The notes beneath the pieces are model-generated. The model was given only the letters and a program-made list of their open reading frames with translations, had not been told where the DNA came from and did not search any database. Shown in pieces: positions 45,650 through 55,741 of a DNA stretch of 64,000 bases (positions are counted from its first letter, which is position 1; each line of letters begins with the position of its first letter). Location of the stretch: positions 1 to 64,000 of the IMG/VR virus record IMGVR_UViG_3300041411_000129. One strand, 5' to 3'. The position numbers were made by a program, and so were the translations under genes.

Positions 45650-48553
45650 TCAGCTCCATTCCAAGGTGTCTGGGGATGAAGGCAAGCCGTTACTCACAGG
45701 AATCGACGAACCCTTCGCTTCAGTGTTGAGGCGGAAGGTGCCAATGCGAGTGACTTTATCTGTAACGATCGAAGTGATCTTCACGTCGTTCGTAGTGATA
45801 GTACCTAGGTACATCGTACCGATACCCTCTGGAGAAGGACCAGCTTCAATCGCGTACGAACAGCTATCACCTGACTGCTTCAGATAAATGTAGAACGTCT
45901 TATTCTTCAAGGTTCCTTCCGCAGTAAACAGAAGGGACAAGTCGATGCTTTGCACCGGCATCACGAAGTACTTCCCACCAATCACAACAGGCACAGGTTC
46001 AGAGAAGTAAACGATCCATCCTTGCGCCACTTCTTGGGAAGCGAGAACTGTACGCTGCTCAATAGGTGGTACTGTCGCCTTAACCCAAGTATCGAATTCA
46101 GCTTCAGTTTTAGCGATTGGTAGGAATACCAATTTAGTCGCATCGTCAGAGATACCTGATTCAGCCAACGTAGACCAGCTATAACCAAACCCTAAGTCAG
46201 GTGAAGCGACGAAGTTGCGGGTGTTGGTATAATGGTTGAAGAGAACGTTGTTGAACACGTTAGCGCTGACAAACAACCCGGTTGACTTCTTGTACTTGAA
46301 CGCAACGCTGGACAGAGCGGCAGAGCCTGGTACGTTTACGTTCCAGACGTTCGATGCACCAATGAGGAAAGCATCAGCCACTTCGTAGATGCAGCAGGCG
46401 CCAGCGTTATTCGAGTTAACCGAAGAATATCCGATACTCGCAGCAGTGTTTGTGTACAATATCCCAGGAGCGAGTATCACGCCAATGCTGGCAATTGCAA
46501 TCACGTTACCTGCACCATCAGTAGACAGGTTAACCTGGGCTACAGTGATACCGTGCTTCTTGTCAGTTGTCATGAAACTACACATGACGAACGGTGGACA
46601 TGCGGTGGCAGTCGGGATTACCAGATCGACTTTGATCGTATCGACGCTATAGCCAAGACCTGTCAGTTGTGAACTGAGCATGCCTTCGAGCGAGGTCATC
46701 AAAGCAGCGCTGATGGCGACCGTAGGACCTACCGCCAACTCTGGACTGATACTAGACGCACCCGTCAGCTTAACGCCGCTGATGAACCGCTTACCAGATA
46801 CGGTAATGATCCCACCCGATGAGACCTCCTGCACCAAACAAACATAGTTCGATTCAGTCAACCCGTCGTCAGCTACATATTTCCGAACAGTCGACGGTTT
46901 ATAGCCAGTCATATCTGACAGATATAGCGACGAGTAATTGTAGGTCGGAGATCCTTCCAATTGGGTATATGCTACACCACGTTTCCAATTACCGGCCGCG
47001 TCAACACCATCTGACCACAGAAGTAGTTTAGTTGGAGAAACGAGAACAGGGGTTACCAAGTTACCGCCGATTGGCGAACCGTATTGAGCCCGGTTAGTCA
47101 CAGCAGCAACGATAGTGGTTTCTGCAACCAGACACTTAAGCGCATTGAACTTATTCGTCCAACCAGTGACTTTACCGTAACTAATGCCGACGCCGTCTAC
47201 GGTGTTCTGATTTGAGATCCGCGCCACGTTACCGGAGTCATCGAACGCGTATTGCGATTGCTGAGCGCCTGGTGAAGACATGGCATCGAGAGTCTGACCA
47301 TCAAATACCGGACCGCTGTAGATATCAGCTGTAACCGTTGTAGATGTAGCGGTGTTCTGAACGTCGAACCCAGGGTCGAGCTGAGCCACCTTCGTTACTG
47401 GATTGTACGTCCAGCTAAACGTCATTGTCTTATACGCCGCGCCAGTCACGACGTAACGAGACTGAGACCAGACCTTAGTGCGAATAGTTCCATCAGGACC
47501 CACAGCCGATGCAAGCGCTGGAACACCGTAGTACATCGCGTTGACCGAGCTGAATGTACCGCTATTGAGAACCATCGGCTTGTCAGCAGGGACAGTACTC
47601 ATGAGTTTATCGCAGAACCGCATCGTACTCCTGTTAGAGTACAGTACGTTTCCGAAACCAGTTGTGGTGATATCGGTCACTGGAGTCACATCCAGTTCGC
47701 CACCGTTTGCTGCAACTACGTCAGCCAGAGGAACCGTAGAGACGTCGACTTCCCATGGATTAGCGCCGGAGCTAACGTTCGTTAGTCCGTAGTAGATGAC
47801 GAGATCCCCAGCGACAAAACACTCACCAGTACCACCACCCATCGCCGCGAACGTGGCTTGAGTTACGATACCGCCCGTATGCTTACTGTCGTCCATGGTG
47901 CCGTTGGTCAACGCTAGGAAATAATCACCTGCAACACCATCGGCATCTTGAAGCTGACCGAAAACAACAGTGCTCGAGCACGAGAATACGGTCTGTGCAG
48001 TCATCCCAACTGGAAAGAAGGAAGGATGATACCGTTTGTTTGTCTTCGTCGGTTGTTGGTTTGGTTTACTGGTAGCCCCTGCAACGTAAGCGTAGAACAC
48101 ACCGCGTACAGAACCGTTGGTTGCGTTACGCAGATAAACTAGCGTGCCGTCATCTTCGAACATCATCGCAGCGGTTTTTGGGTTGAATGTGGTTGTACCA
48201 GATTCGAACGTACCCAAGATACCTGTCGGCAGATAGTTGTTACTACCGAACCGAGAGATGGGGCAGATGCCAGATGGAAGCAGCGGTGCTTGAACAGCAG
48301 TCCACTGATCCTTACTGAGGATACCTACCGACGCCGCGCTATCGTTGTGAGCAGCTTTACCGGTCAACCCAACGTGCGAGTCCACTGCACCGCGAATGAA
48401 CGCGGTGAGTGCCGTTAACGCCATCCCGCCAACCTTGAGAGTATTGTCGGCCAGTACAGCGAACTTACGTTTGTTTTTGACGATATCGGCCGTCAGGCTG
48501 TACAGTCGATTCATCGCCGCTTTGTTCTCGGCGATCTTCTCGCTTAAACTCAT
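45650..48553 (-). CDS. Long tail-fibre/receptor-binding protein (cassette A)
   Basis: 967 aa; PISRFG, FESG, EDDGTL, GSSIP. Confidence 0.8.
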   Translation of the reverse strand: MSLSEKIAENKAAMNRLYSLTADIVKNKRKFAVLADNTLKVGGMALTALTAFIRGAVDSHVGLTGKAAHNDSAASVGILSKDQWTAVQAPLLPSGICPISRFGSNNYLPTGILGTFESGTTTFNPKTAAMMFEDDGTLVYLRNATNGSVRGVFYAYVAGATSKPNQQPTKTNKRYHPSFFPVGMTAQTVFSCSSTVVFGQLQDADGVAGDYFLALTNGTMDDSKHTGGIVTQATFAAMGGGTGECFVAGDLVIYYGLTNVSSGANPWEVDVSTVPLADVVAANGGELDVTPVTDITTTGFGNVLYSNRSTMRFCDKLMSTVPADKPMVLNSGTFSSVNAMYYGVPALASAVGPDGTIRTKVWSQSRYVVTGAAYKTMTFSWTYNPVTKVAQLDPGFDVQNTATSTTVTADIYSGPVFDGQTLDAMSSPGAQQSQYAFDDSGNVARISNQNTVDGVGISYGKVTGWTNKFNALKCLVAETTIVAAVTNRAQYGSPIGGNLVTPVLVSPTKLLLWSDGVDAAGNWKRGVAYTQLEGSPTYNYSSLYLSDMTGYKPSTVRKYVADDGLTESNYVCLVQEVSSGGIITVSGKRFISGVKLTGASSISPELAVGPTVAISAALMTSLEGMLSSQLTGLGYSVDTIKVDLVIPTATACPPFVMCSFMTTDKKHGITVAQVNLSTDGAGNVIAIASIGVILAPGILYTNTAASIGYSSVNSNNAGACCIYEVADAFLIGASNVWNVNVPGSAALSSVAFKYKKSTGLFVSANVFNNVLFNHYTNTRNFVASPDLGFGYSWSTLAESGISDDATKLVFLPIAKTEAEFDTWVKATVPPIEQRTVLASQEVAQGWIVYFSEPVPVVIGGKYFVMPVQSIDLSLLFTAEGTLKNKTFYIYLKQSGDSCSYAIEAGPSPEGIGTMYLGTITTNDVKITSIVTDKVTRIGTFRLNTEAKGSSIPVSNGLPSSPDTLEWS

Positions 48554-48569
48554 GGGATGGCATCCTTGG

Positions 48570-49295
48570 TTAAATGTTGGACAGTTGATCGGCTGCGGTG
48601 TTGTAAGAGTCAGTCATCGAAACAACCAAGTTCTCAACGTCATCGGCAGATACACCGAAGCCCAATGCTTCAAGACGTGCGTCGATCTCGTCTGCTGTGT
48701 AGAACTCAGACATAAGGATCGGCGGATTCTGCAACCAATCGTTAGTACGTTCACGAATCGCAGATGCGATATCGTAGTTCGACGCGATCAGTTCAGCCAT
48801 ACCGGTCAAGTCATCTGCCGGGTGGTTGTGCTCGGTCGGTGGATAGACTTCTGGTTTATCACTAACTTCATCGAAGGTGACAAAGCGTGGGTCGGCAATC
48901 TTGTTCGACATGATCTCGAGGATCTTGTTCTCAGGAAGAGTCCAGTTACCACCAAGGGTCTGGTAGGTCTGAACGAGCTCGCCGGAGAGAGTCAAGTCGA
49001 AAAGCAGGATACTGGCGTAGACGCCGCCGAGCTTATTCTGCAACTCGTAACTCGCAGCATTAAAGCGGTGACCAGGCGCCCAGTCCGTCCCACGGATCAG
49101 AGTCCGACCAGTAGGAGTATGTTTGAGAACCATGGTGTCACGGAAGAACGGACCAGCCCACGGAAGGATGAAGTGGAACTCCAATTCTTCTTGCGGAGGC
49201 TGTAGTGTGCGCTTCTCGTTGATGACCTTGTTCGTTAGAGCAGCGCCCGTTTCATCCAATGGGTAAAGATATTGCGTGACGTCATCGGTAGCCAT
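48570..49295 (-). CDS. Virion structural protein, fibre attachment candidate (cassette A)
   Basis: Paralog of 43489. Confidence 0.8.
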   Translation of the reverse strand: MATDDVTQYLYPLDETGAALTNKVINEKRTLQPPQEELEFHFILPWAGPFFRDTMVLKHTPTGRTLIRGTDWAPGHRFNAASYELQNKLGGVYASILLFDLTLSGELVQTYQTLGGNWTLPENKILEIMSNKIADPRFVTFDEVSDKPEVYPPTEHNHPADDLTGMAELIASNYDIASAIRERTNDWLQNPPILMSEFYTADEIDARLEALGFGVSADDVENLVVSMTDSYNTAADQLSNI

Positions 49296-49375
49296 TTACT
49301 GGTCCCCATTAAAATATGAGCCTCAACGGTTTATCGAGGTAATGAACATATGATTTTTTACTTGAGGTGTTTTAT

Positions 49376-50638
49376 ATGTATACCTGCGTAAAAGCACTCA
49401 TTCGCCAACGAGGCGATAATCAGAGATTGACTGAAGCGCAGGTAGGCGATGCGGCAGTTCGTACTCTGATGGCTGAGAACAGTACGGTCTATTTGATCCT
49501 GACACATCCGACCATTAATCATCAGGTCGGCTTGGATCTGGATACGATTGAAGATGTCATCTACCGTATTGCTGATGGCATTACTGTGGATCAGTGGCTT
49601 CAGTCGAGAGGCGATGAAACGCTGCCAACGTCGGACACCTTGATGAAGGTAGAAGCTGCTTCGTGCGGTTACAATGACCTCTTTGCGGCTGGCTACAAGA
49701 TCCAACTCCAACACCCAACTGCGGGTGAAGGCACGCAGCTGCCTGATAGCGAACTTACAGACATTCTGGTAACGAAGTCTGACTTCGATTACAAGATGTT
49801 GTTTGACTACGGCCTTGCCACGGTCAATGGTCTTCTCCACATCACTGATTACTCGACTCGTGGTTGGAAGATCAAAGAAGGTGGCCGTTCGACTCAGTTT
49901 GCCAAGCGTCACGATCTGGGTCTGATCAGCTTCAAGAACGTCGGTAAGTTGACATGTATTCCGATCAAACCTGAGATGGTCCTGCCTTATGGTGGCCTTC
50001 CGATGAAGAACGGTTTCATCATCAACACACCTGGCGTTGATCTGACCAACAAAGTCGTCATGCTGTCTGTCGGCGGTTACCTCCACTTTGCCAATGAATG
50101 TTACACCGTCATTGGCGATCGTTCGATTAAGTTCGACTGGTGGAAATACCCGCTGGAACACCGCTACTACAATTCCAACAAACTCATCAACATGAAAGCG
50201 TTCCTCGATACGATGGTACGCAACGAAGACCATGGCGATGCGCTGGACTTGAATCAAGCGAACAGCGACGCGTCCATCACGGCGTACATGTCTTTACCGC
50301 AGTCGTTCATCATCCTGCTGGATGCCAAGAACTTCTACTACGAGCGACATGCTCTAGAACGCACCGGTCTGCCTGGTCGCTACTACAGCTACGAACTGCC
50401 GAAGTTCCCAATGCAGCTCGAGAACGGTTTGCTTCCGGCTTACGTGGCAATGCCTGAGTCGGGTATGTATTCTCTCGCAATCTACGAGAACCTGATTCGT
50501 AGCTTCCAGCATGACACGAAGAAGCCTGCCGACGACATGTACTTCAACGGCGCTCGGAAATCTTCCAACCTCGGCCATTACGCTTCTGCGTATCTGCTCG
50601 AGATGGGGACTGAGTTCTTGGCTAACCCTCCCGTTTAG
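49376..50638 (+). CDS. Conserved protein, probably virion structural
   Basis: About 420 aa; TVNGLLH, LSVGGYL, QSFII; SD GAGGTG. Confidence 0.7.
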   Translation: MYTCVKALIRQRGDNQRLTEAQVGDAAVRTLMAENSTVYLILTHPTINHQVGLDLDTIEDVIYRIADGITVDQWLQSRGDETLPTSDTLMKVEAASCGYNDLFAAGYKIQLQHPTAGEGTQLPDSELTDILVTKSDFDYKMLFDYGLATVNGLLHITDYSTRGWKIKEGGRSTQFAKRHDLGLISFKNVGKLTCIPIKPEMVLPYGGLPMKNGFIINTPGVDLTNKVVMLSVGGYLHFANECYTVIGDRSIKFDWWKYPLEHRYYNSNKLINMKAFLDTMVRNEDHGDALDLNQANSDASITAYMSLPQSFIILLDAKNFYYERHALERTGLPGRYYSYELPKFPMQLENGLLPAYVAMPESGMYSLAIYENLIRSFQHDTKKPADDMYFNGARKSSNLGHYASAYLLEMGTEFLANPPV

Positions 50639-50646
50639 GAATCTCT

Positions 50647-50958
50647 ATGTTCAGAGAAAACTTAGTAGGGCTCGAAGAACTCATTCGTTTAGGTAAAGGC
50701 GCCGTCTTCGTTCCATTCAATGTCGGTGGTCCAACCCAAGGCGAACTTCGAATCATCCTCAGTATCAATGAGACTACCTTACGGCACGTTTCATTGATTC
50801 CTAAATGGAAGCTGGAGGGCGGTAAACTCGTCATGGAACGTAGATACTGTGAGATCAATTTGATCAAAAAGAACCTCGAGCACTACAAGTTCATTCTGAT
50901 CGAAGATTTAGACTCACTATTGAAGGACGTGGCTGACACTAACGCCTGTCTCAACTAG
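50647..50958 (+). CDS. Hypothetical protein
   Basis: 103 aa, SD AGGA. Confidence 0.7.
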   Translation: MFRENLVGLEELIRLGKGAVFVPFNVGGPTQGELRIILSINETTLRHVSLIPKWKLEGGKLVMERRYCEINLIKKNLEHYKFILIEDLDSLLKDVADTNACLN

Positions 50959-50964
50959 ATGTGA

Positions 50965-50997
50965 CATAAGAGCCGGGGCTTCCCCCGGCTCTCTATG
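50965..50997. terminator. Hairpin between convergent genes
   Basis: CATA-AGAGCCGGGG-CTTC-CCCCGGCTCT-CTATG. Confidence 0.8.
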
Positions 50998-51000
50998 CTG

Positions 51001-51267
51001 TCAAGTTGGTAATGTCATCCACGGATTACCGTTTGCTTCGTGAGTACATGAGGCTTTGTTACCAGTACGGACAACAGGAACACCATCGATCGTCATCCAT
51101 GCGGAACCTTCAACCATCTTAGGTCCTGCGTGAGAGCCCGTACCGTGACCTGTAACGTCATCCCCTAGCAAGGATATCGGTTTACCGAGAACTGTCCATG
51201 TAGGCTTCCCTGGGCCGCTAATAACCCCACCTGCTTGCGATTCGCCTACGAGTGAAATAGGTAGCAT
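51001..51267 (-). CDS. PAAR-like spike tip protein
   Basis: G.PISLLGD, IDGVPVVRTG..SC.H, His/Cys ligands; TGATG coupling with spike gene. Confidence 0.9.
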   Translation of the reverse strand: MLPISLVGESQAGGVISGPGKPTWTVLGKPISLLGDDVTGHGTGSHAGPKMVEGSAWMTIDGVPVVRTGNKASCTHEANGNPWMTLPT

Positions 51268-52085
51268 CAAGTAGTACCTGCGAATTTAGGTGTTTTGAGG
51301 GTAGTGCCACCGGCGTTCATTGTAAGAACGGAACCACCACCATCAATCACGGATTGTACACCGGCTTTCATTTTAATGTTCTTACCAGCATTAACGATGA
51401 AATCACGTTCAGCTTTAGCGTTGATGTCCTGAGGTGCATATGCCTTGATGTCCATCTGATCAAGCTTAACGAAAGTTCCCTTAGCGTTCTGCAAGTGGAT
51501 CAGGTTCAAAGCGCTAGCGAGGAACATGAAGTTACCGATGTCGTCCTTAACAGTGAACGTACCTTCGGCGAAGTCAAAGAACATCTCGTACAGATAAGGC
51601 TCGCCATTCGCCTGACAGCTACGGAACGAGAACATCTTACTGTGGGAAGAGAGTTCGAACCAGTACATGTTGTCAAGACCGAGAGTTGTAGAACCTTCGT
51701 CTTGAGTGGCACTGATACCGAAGATGATCGTCTCAAGCTTTCTGAGGTTGTCATCCAGACCCATGGTCCGCCAATAGTACTTATCGTGGTCCGCTGTTTG
51801 CAGGATCTCCACACGCTCGCCACGACGTACATCCGGTGCAGTCAACCGGTTGGAGCCAGAAGGGAGCCAAGTCGCTGTGATGCTGTTGGAGGAGATCATA
51901 CCGCCACTCACGGCGTTACCATCGATGTCTTTGGTCTGATAAGTCTCAGCTGTCTCGTTCCCGGTCAATTCACCATCACGCATCGGCAGCCATTCAATAG
52001 GGACCACATCAACGGTCTTGCTACCCAGCTCTTTGTTCGTATCGATACGACCAATACCGACCGTCCTGAAAACGGATACCTCCAT
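51267..52085 (-). CDS. Baseplate central spike (phiKZ gp164-like)
   Basis: TAPDVRRGE.V OB-fold motif, C-terminal beta repeats, adjacent PAAR gene. Confidence 0.8.
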   Translation of the reverse strand: MEVSVFRTVGIGRIDTNKELGSKTVDVVPIEWLPMRDGELTGNETAETYQTKDIDGNAVSGGMISSNSITATWLPSGSNRLTAPDVRRGERVEILQTADHDKYYWRTMGLDDNLRKLETIIFGISATQDEGSTTLGLDNMYWFELSSHSKMFSFRSCQANGEPYLYEMFFDFAEGTFTVKDDIGNFMFLASALNLIHLQNAKGTFVKLDQMDIKAYAPQDINAKAERDFIVNAGKNIKMKAGVQSVIDGGGSVLTMNAGGTTLKTPKFAGTT

Positions 52086-52158
52086 GCTGAGATCCTCTTA
52101 AATCAAATTTAACTAAACGTCTTAATGATACAATAGCACTACTCACGGAGCATCCGCG

Positions 52159-54591
52159 ATGCAGTTCCTGTACATCGAATTAGTAAACTGCAACCGTACC
52201 GCACTCAACGGAAAGAAGTCCGTAAAGATCACACCTGAAACTAAAACTCAGATGATCTTGGGTACTAACGGTAGCGGTAAGTCAAGTCTTATCAGCATTG
52301 GCTTCTCACCACTCCCTCCTGATCCTGATGATTTCGATAAGGACGGGTACTGGTGCTCGAAGTTTATCCACAAAGGTCACACGTACAAATGCGAGGCATG
52401 GTACGGGGATAAGAATTCTTATTCATTCATAGTAGACGGTGGTGAGAACCTTAACAAAGGCAGAACCATCACTGCTCAACTCGAGTTGGTCAAGATTCAT
52501 ATCGGCTACACTCGCGACCTGCATGCGCTTCTGACGGGTGAGGTTAAGTTCACCACAATGAACGCTCTCCAGCGTCAGCAGTGGATCAGCCGCTTCGCTA
52601 CAGCTGACTTCACGTACGCCTTCGCCAAGTATAAAGAATGGCGCGGGATGTTGAGCAAGGCGAATAACATCGTTGACTGGGTGAGCGATCACTTGGTTGA
52701 GGCTAAGTCCCGTTTGATGGACCCTGCCGACGTCGCTGAGATGCGCAAGAAGGCTGATGAGCTACACGAGACTCTTGACACGTTGATGCGTGAACCTAAG
52801 TCCGGTATTGGCGCTATGAATGAGTTCGAGCTTCAAGACCTCATCCGTAGAACCGATCAAGAGATCTGCAACCTGTTGATGGAAGAGTATCCTGAGATTG
52901 CCAACATGCGCAGTCAAGCGGATATGGATTTCACACTGGCTGAGGTCGACATGATCTTCAACCAGTACACCGGTGAGATGAAGGTTCACGGCGAGCGTTT
53001 GTCTGAGCTGGAAACTCTGAAAGTTAAAGCTCAGCAGATGTTGAAGGTAGATCCTAACATCTTGCAGGCCGAGATCGAACAGCTTCGCAAAGACCTCAAC
53101 TCTTTGCCAGCTTTGGTTACCGGTATTCACGAGAGCTTGCTGATTCCAGCCGCTGATGCGATTACCGATCTTCGGATGGGTACAGCTGGACTTCCTCCTG
53201 AGCGTAAGACTCTGGGTGATGTGATGGCCATCTCCGAAGTCATCATGTTTAAGCGCATGAAGGCTAACCAGTTCGGCGGTGCGATAGATGACATCCAACG
53301 TCAGATCGAACACATCCACAAATGTGAATCGGTTATCTGCCCAAGCTGCACTCATTCGTTTAAGCCGGGTGTTGAACCAGGTACGCTTGAGGAGTTGGAG
53401 ACACGCCTGAATAAAGGCGAGGCACTGACTAAGGGTCTTGACGTTGAGTTGGAAGAGTTGTCGGGCAAACTTGAAGAAGTCCAAGAGGTCGCCAATTCTT
53501 ACGAACATATGGAAGATCTCAGGAAGAAGTATCAGGGTCGTTATCCGGGCTTGTTCTCGTACCTCGATCAGAAGGGCTGGACTTCGATCGGTCGTGGTCT
53601 CTCAGCGGCGTATGCTGCGTATGAGCGTGATGTTCACAACTCAGGTCTTCGTAAGAAAGCGCAGGAACGTCTTGACATCGTAATGGATGCCATCAGTCGG
53701 TTCAACCAAGAAGGCGGTGAGATGTCCGCAGTCATGGAGAACTACTACAAGGCTAAGGCCGCGTACGAAGCTGCATTCGCTAACGTGAGTATGGCTCGTG
53801 ATGACAAAGCGAACGTGATGCGCCTGAGTAAGGCGATGCAGGACTACGAACGCCGGTACAATCACGCTGAAGAGCTGTACGAGACACTTCGCGTTGAACT
53901 GATTCGTTACTGCAACAACCAAGGCGATCTTCTGATTGAAGATCTCATCAAGAAGACCAAGACGTCTATCGGTATTCATGAGAACGCTTTGGCTGAACAG
54001 GATGCTCACGAGACTCTGGTAAAGGATCTCGAGAATCAACTTGTAGCAGCGGCTACTCAGCAAGCAGCGATGAAGAAGCTCGTGGACGCCATGTGTCCTA
54101 AGAAAGGTCTGCTGGCGGAACAGATCACTCACCAGATGCTCACGGTGATCAACGTCGTCAACAAGATCATTCAGCGAGTGTGGGAATACCCGCTCACCGT
54201 TTCACCGAGTAATGTCGATGAAGAGAAGGGGATTGATTACAAGTTCCCGCTCAGAGTCGATAAGGTTCCTCGCAGCGACGTTAGTAAAGGTAATGGTTCG
54301 TCCAAGGATATTGTCGATCAGGCTTTCAGGCTGGCAGGTTACGCTTGCATGAACTTGACCGACTACCCACTATACTTGGATGAGTTGGGTTCTTCCTTCG
54401 ATGAAACCCACCAGTACAAGTTGCTTCCGTTGATTAAGGAATTGGCTGACGATCCACGGTTCTCCCAGATTCTGATTATTAGCCATGCTTTGATCGGTCA
54501 GACGGCGTTCCCTAGTTCGCAGACGATTATCCTCGATGACCGTAACATCAACTACCCTCACACTTACAACGAACATGTGGAGTTTGCCTAA
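52159..54591 (+). CDS. sbcC: SbcC/Rad50-like SMC ATPase
   Basis: Walker A GTNGSGKS, coiled coils, CPSC hook, LYLDE, ISH. Confidence 0.92.
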   Translation: MQFLYIELVNCNRTALNGKKSVKITPETKTQMILGTNGSGKSSLISIGFSPLPPDPDDFDKDGYWCSKFIHKGHTYKCEAWYGDKNSYSFIVDGGENLNKGRTITAQLELVKIHIGYTRDLHALLTGEVKFTTMNALQRQQWISRFATADFTYAFAKYKEWRGMLSKANNIVDWVSDHLVEAKSRLMDPADVAEMRKKADELHETLDTLMREPKSGIGAMNEFELQDLIRRTDQEICNLLMEEYPEIANMRSQADMDFTLAEVDMIFNQYTGEMKVHGERLSELETLKVKAQQMLKVDPNILQAEIEQLRKDLNSLPALVTGIHESLLIPAADAITDLRMGTAGLPPERKTLGDVMAISEVIMFKRMKANQFGGAIDDIQRQIEHIHKCESVICPSCTHSFKPGVEPGTLEELETRLNKGEALTKGLDVELEELSGKLEEVQEVANSYEHMEDLRKKYQGRYPGLFSYLDQKGWTSIGRGLSAAYAAYERDVHNSGLRKKAQERLDIVMDAISRFNQEGGEMSAVMENYYKAKAAYEAAFANVSMARDDKANVMRLSKAMQDYERRYNHAEELYETLRVELIRYCNNQGDLLIEDLIKKTKTSIGIHENALAEQDAHETLVKDLENQLVAAATQQAAMKKLVDAMCPKKGLLAEQITHQMLTVINVVNKIIQRVWEYPLTVSPSNVDEEKGIDYKFPLRVDKVPRSDVSKGNGSSKDIVDQAFRLAGYACMNLTDYPLYLDELGSSFDETHQYKLLPLIKELADDPRFSQILIISHALIGQTAFPSSQTIILDDRNINYPHTYNEHVEFA

Positions 54592-54776
54592 TGGTACTCG
54601 GTATCTTCTTTCTGATCGTCTTCCTTATCATCGCTTCGATCATCTGGCGTATGGAGCGTGGGCAGAAGTTCCTGCACAAATTGTGTGCGTCGGTGGGATG
54701 TAGTTTTGTCATCACCGCGCTCATTGTGTTTGGTGCAGCAAAAGAACTGGCGTCACTGAAGTTCCTCTTCAGTTGA
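54591..54776 (+). CDS. Small two-TM membrane protein
   Basis: 61 aa, TAATG coupling. Confidence 0.65.
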   Translation: MVLGIFFLIVFLIIASIIWRMERGQKFLHKLCASVGCSFVITALIVFGAAKELASLKFLFS

Positions 54777-54797
54777 CCCAACACGGAGGAATTAATC

Positions 54798-55043
54798 ATG
54801 GACAACAATCCAGAAGGTTACGTCGGCGAAGCGTTGGTAACGGGTTTCGGTATTAACGAAATCCATATTCGTCTCAGTTACGGTAGGATGCGCTTGCGGA
54901 TTCCTTACAAGACTGAAGAAGCGTTGTGGGAGAAGTATCAAGTGGATGATGTAGTTCACGTCTATCTTACCGCCGGTGATGGATGTGCAGAACTCCGCTT
55001 GAAGACCCCACCGCCTCCGGCTGCATTTCCTTCAGAGATGTAA
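54798..55043 (+). CDS. Hypothetical protein
   Basis: 81 aa, SD GGAGG. Confidence 0.75.
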   Translation: MDNNPEGYVGEALVTGFGINEIHIRLSYGRMRLRIPYKTEEALWEKYQVDDVVHVYLTAGDGCAELRLKTPPPPAAFPSEM

Positions 55044-55047
55044 ACAG

Positions 55048-55078
55048 CATAAAGCCCGGCCTTGAGCCGGGCTTTATG
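55048..55078. terminator. Hairpin between convergent genes
   Basis: CATAAAGCCCGGC-CTTGA-GCCGGGCTTTATG. Confidence 0.85.
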
Positions 55079-55085
55079 TTTGTCA

Positions 55086-55730
55086 TCAGCCGCCTGGAGC
55101 AGAACCTTCCAGTTCTGCAATGCGATCGTTGAGCTTCTCGATGGTTTCGATAAATGTTGCTTGGGCCGTTTTATAAGCCTCTATCTGAGCCAGCAATACG
55201 AGGTTCTCAGCGTAAGGGGTGGTACGGATAGTGATGGCAGCAGAACGTGCCGCGGCGTCAGCTACAGCTTGTTCCTGAGTCACCGCATCGGTAGTTGGGA
55301 TCGTGGCAACCGACACCGTGCTCTCAACGCCGATATAATCCGACACCGCTTGCTTTACAGATTGCGTCAAACGAGTGAGATCGTAGCTATCCGGCAAGAT
55401 GCCGAGATCAACAGTCGCTACCATCCAACTGTGAGGAACAACGCCCATGTTCGGATACGACTCGATATACGTATCCGGAACGTAGATTGCTTTCTCACTG
55501 TCAGACATCAGTGTGATGATTGCAGCGCCTGCGGCGACGTCAGCCTGATAGTCAGCCTCAACTAAGCTAACAGGCGTGTACACCAGTGCTAGAGGATCTA
55601 CACCGCGAGTGATGAGGTCCTCGAAAGAACGCTCACCGGTAACGCGGTAGACAACCGTTGCTTTGGCATTGAAGGGTGCCCGTAAAACGAACAGACCCCT
55701 CGAACCCAATGGCGGAGTGATTCTAGCCAT
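55086..55730 (-). CDS. Conserved hypothetical/virion protein
   Basis: 214 aa; YVPDTYIESYP, DLGILPD; C-terminal coiled coil. Confidence 0.75.
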   Translation of the reverse strand: MARITPPLGSRGLFVLRAPFNAKATVVYRVTGERSFEDLITRGVDPLALVYTPVSLVEADYQADVAAGAAIITLMSDSEKAIYVPDTYIESYPNMGVVPHSWMVATVDLGILPDSYDLTRLTQSVKQAVSDYIGVESTVSVATIPTTDAVTQEQAVADAAARSAAITIRTTPYAENLVLLAQIEAYKTAQATFIETIEKLNDRIAELEGSAPGG

Positions 55731-55741
55731 ACGTCAATACC

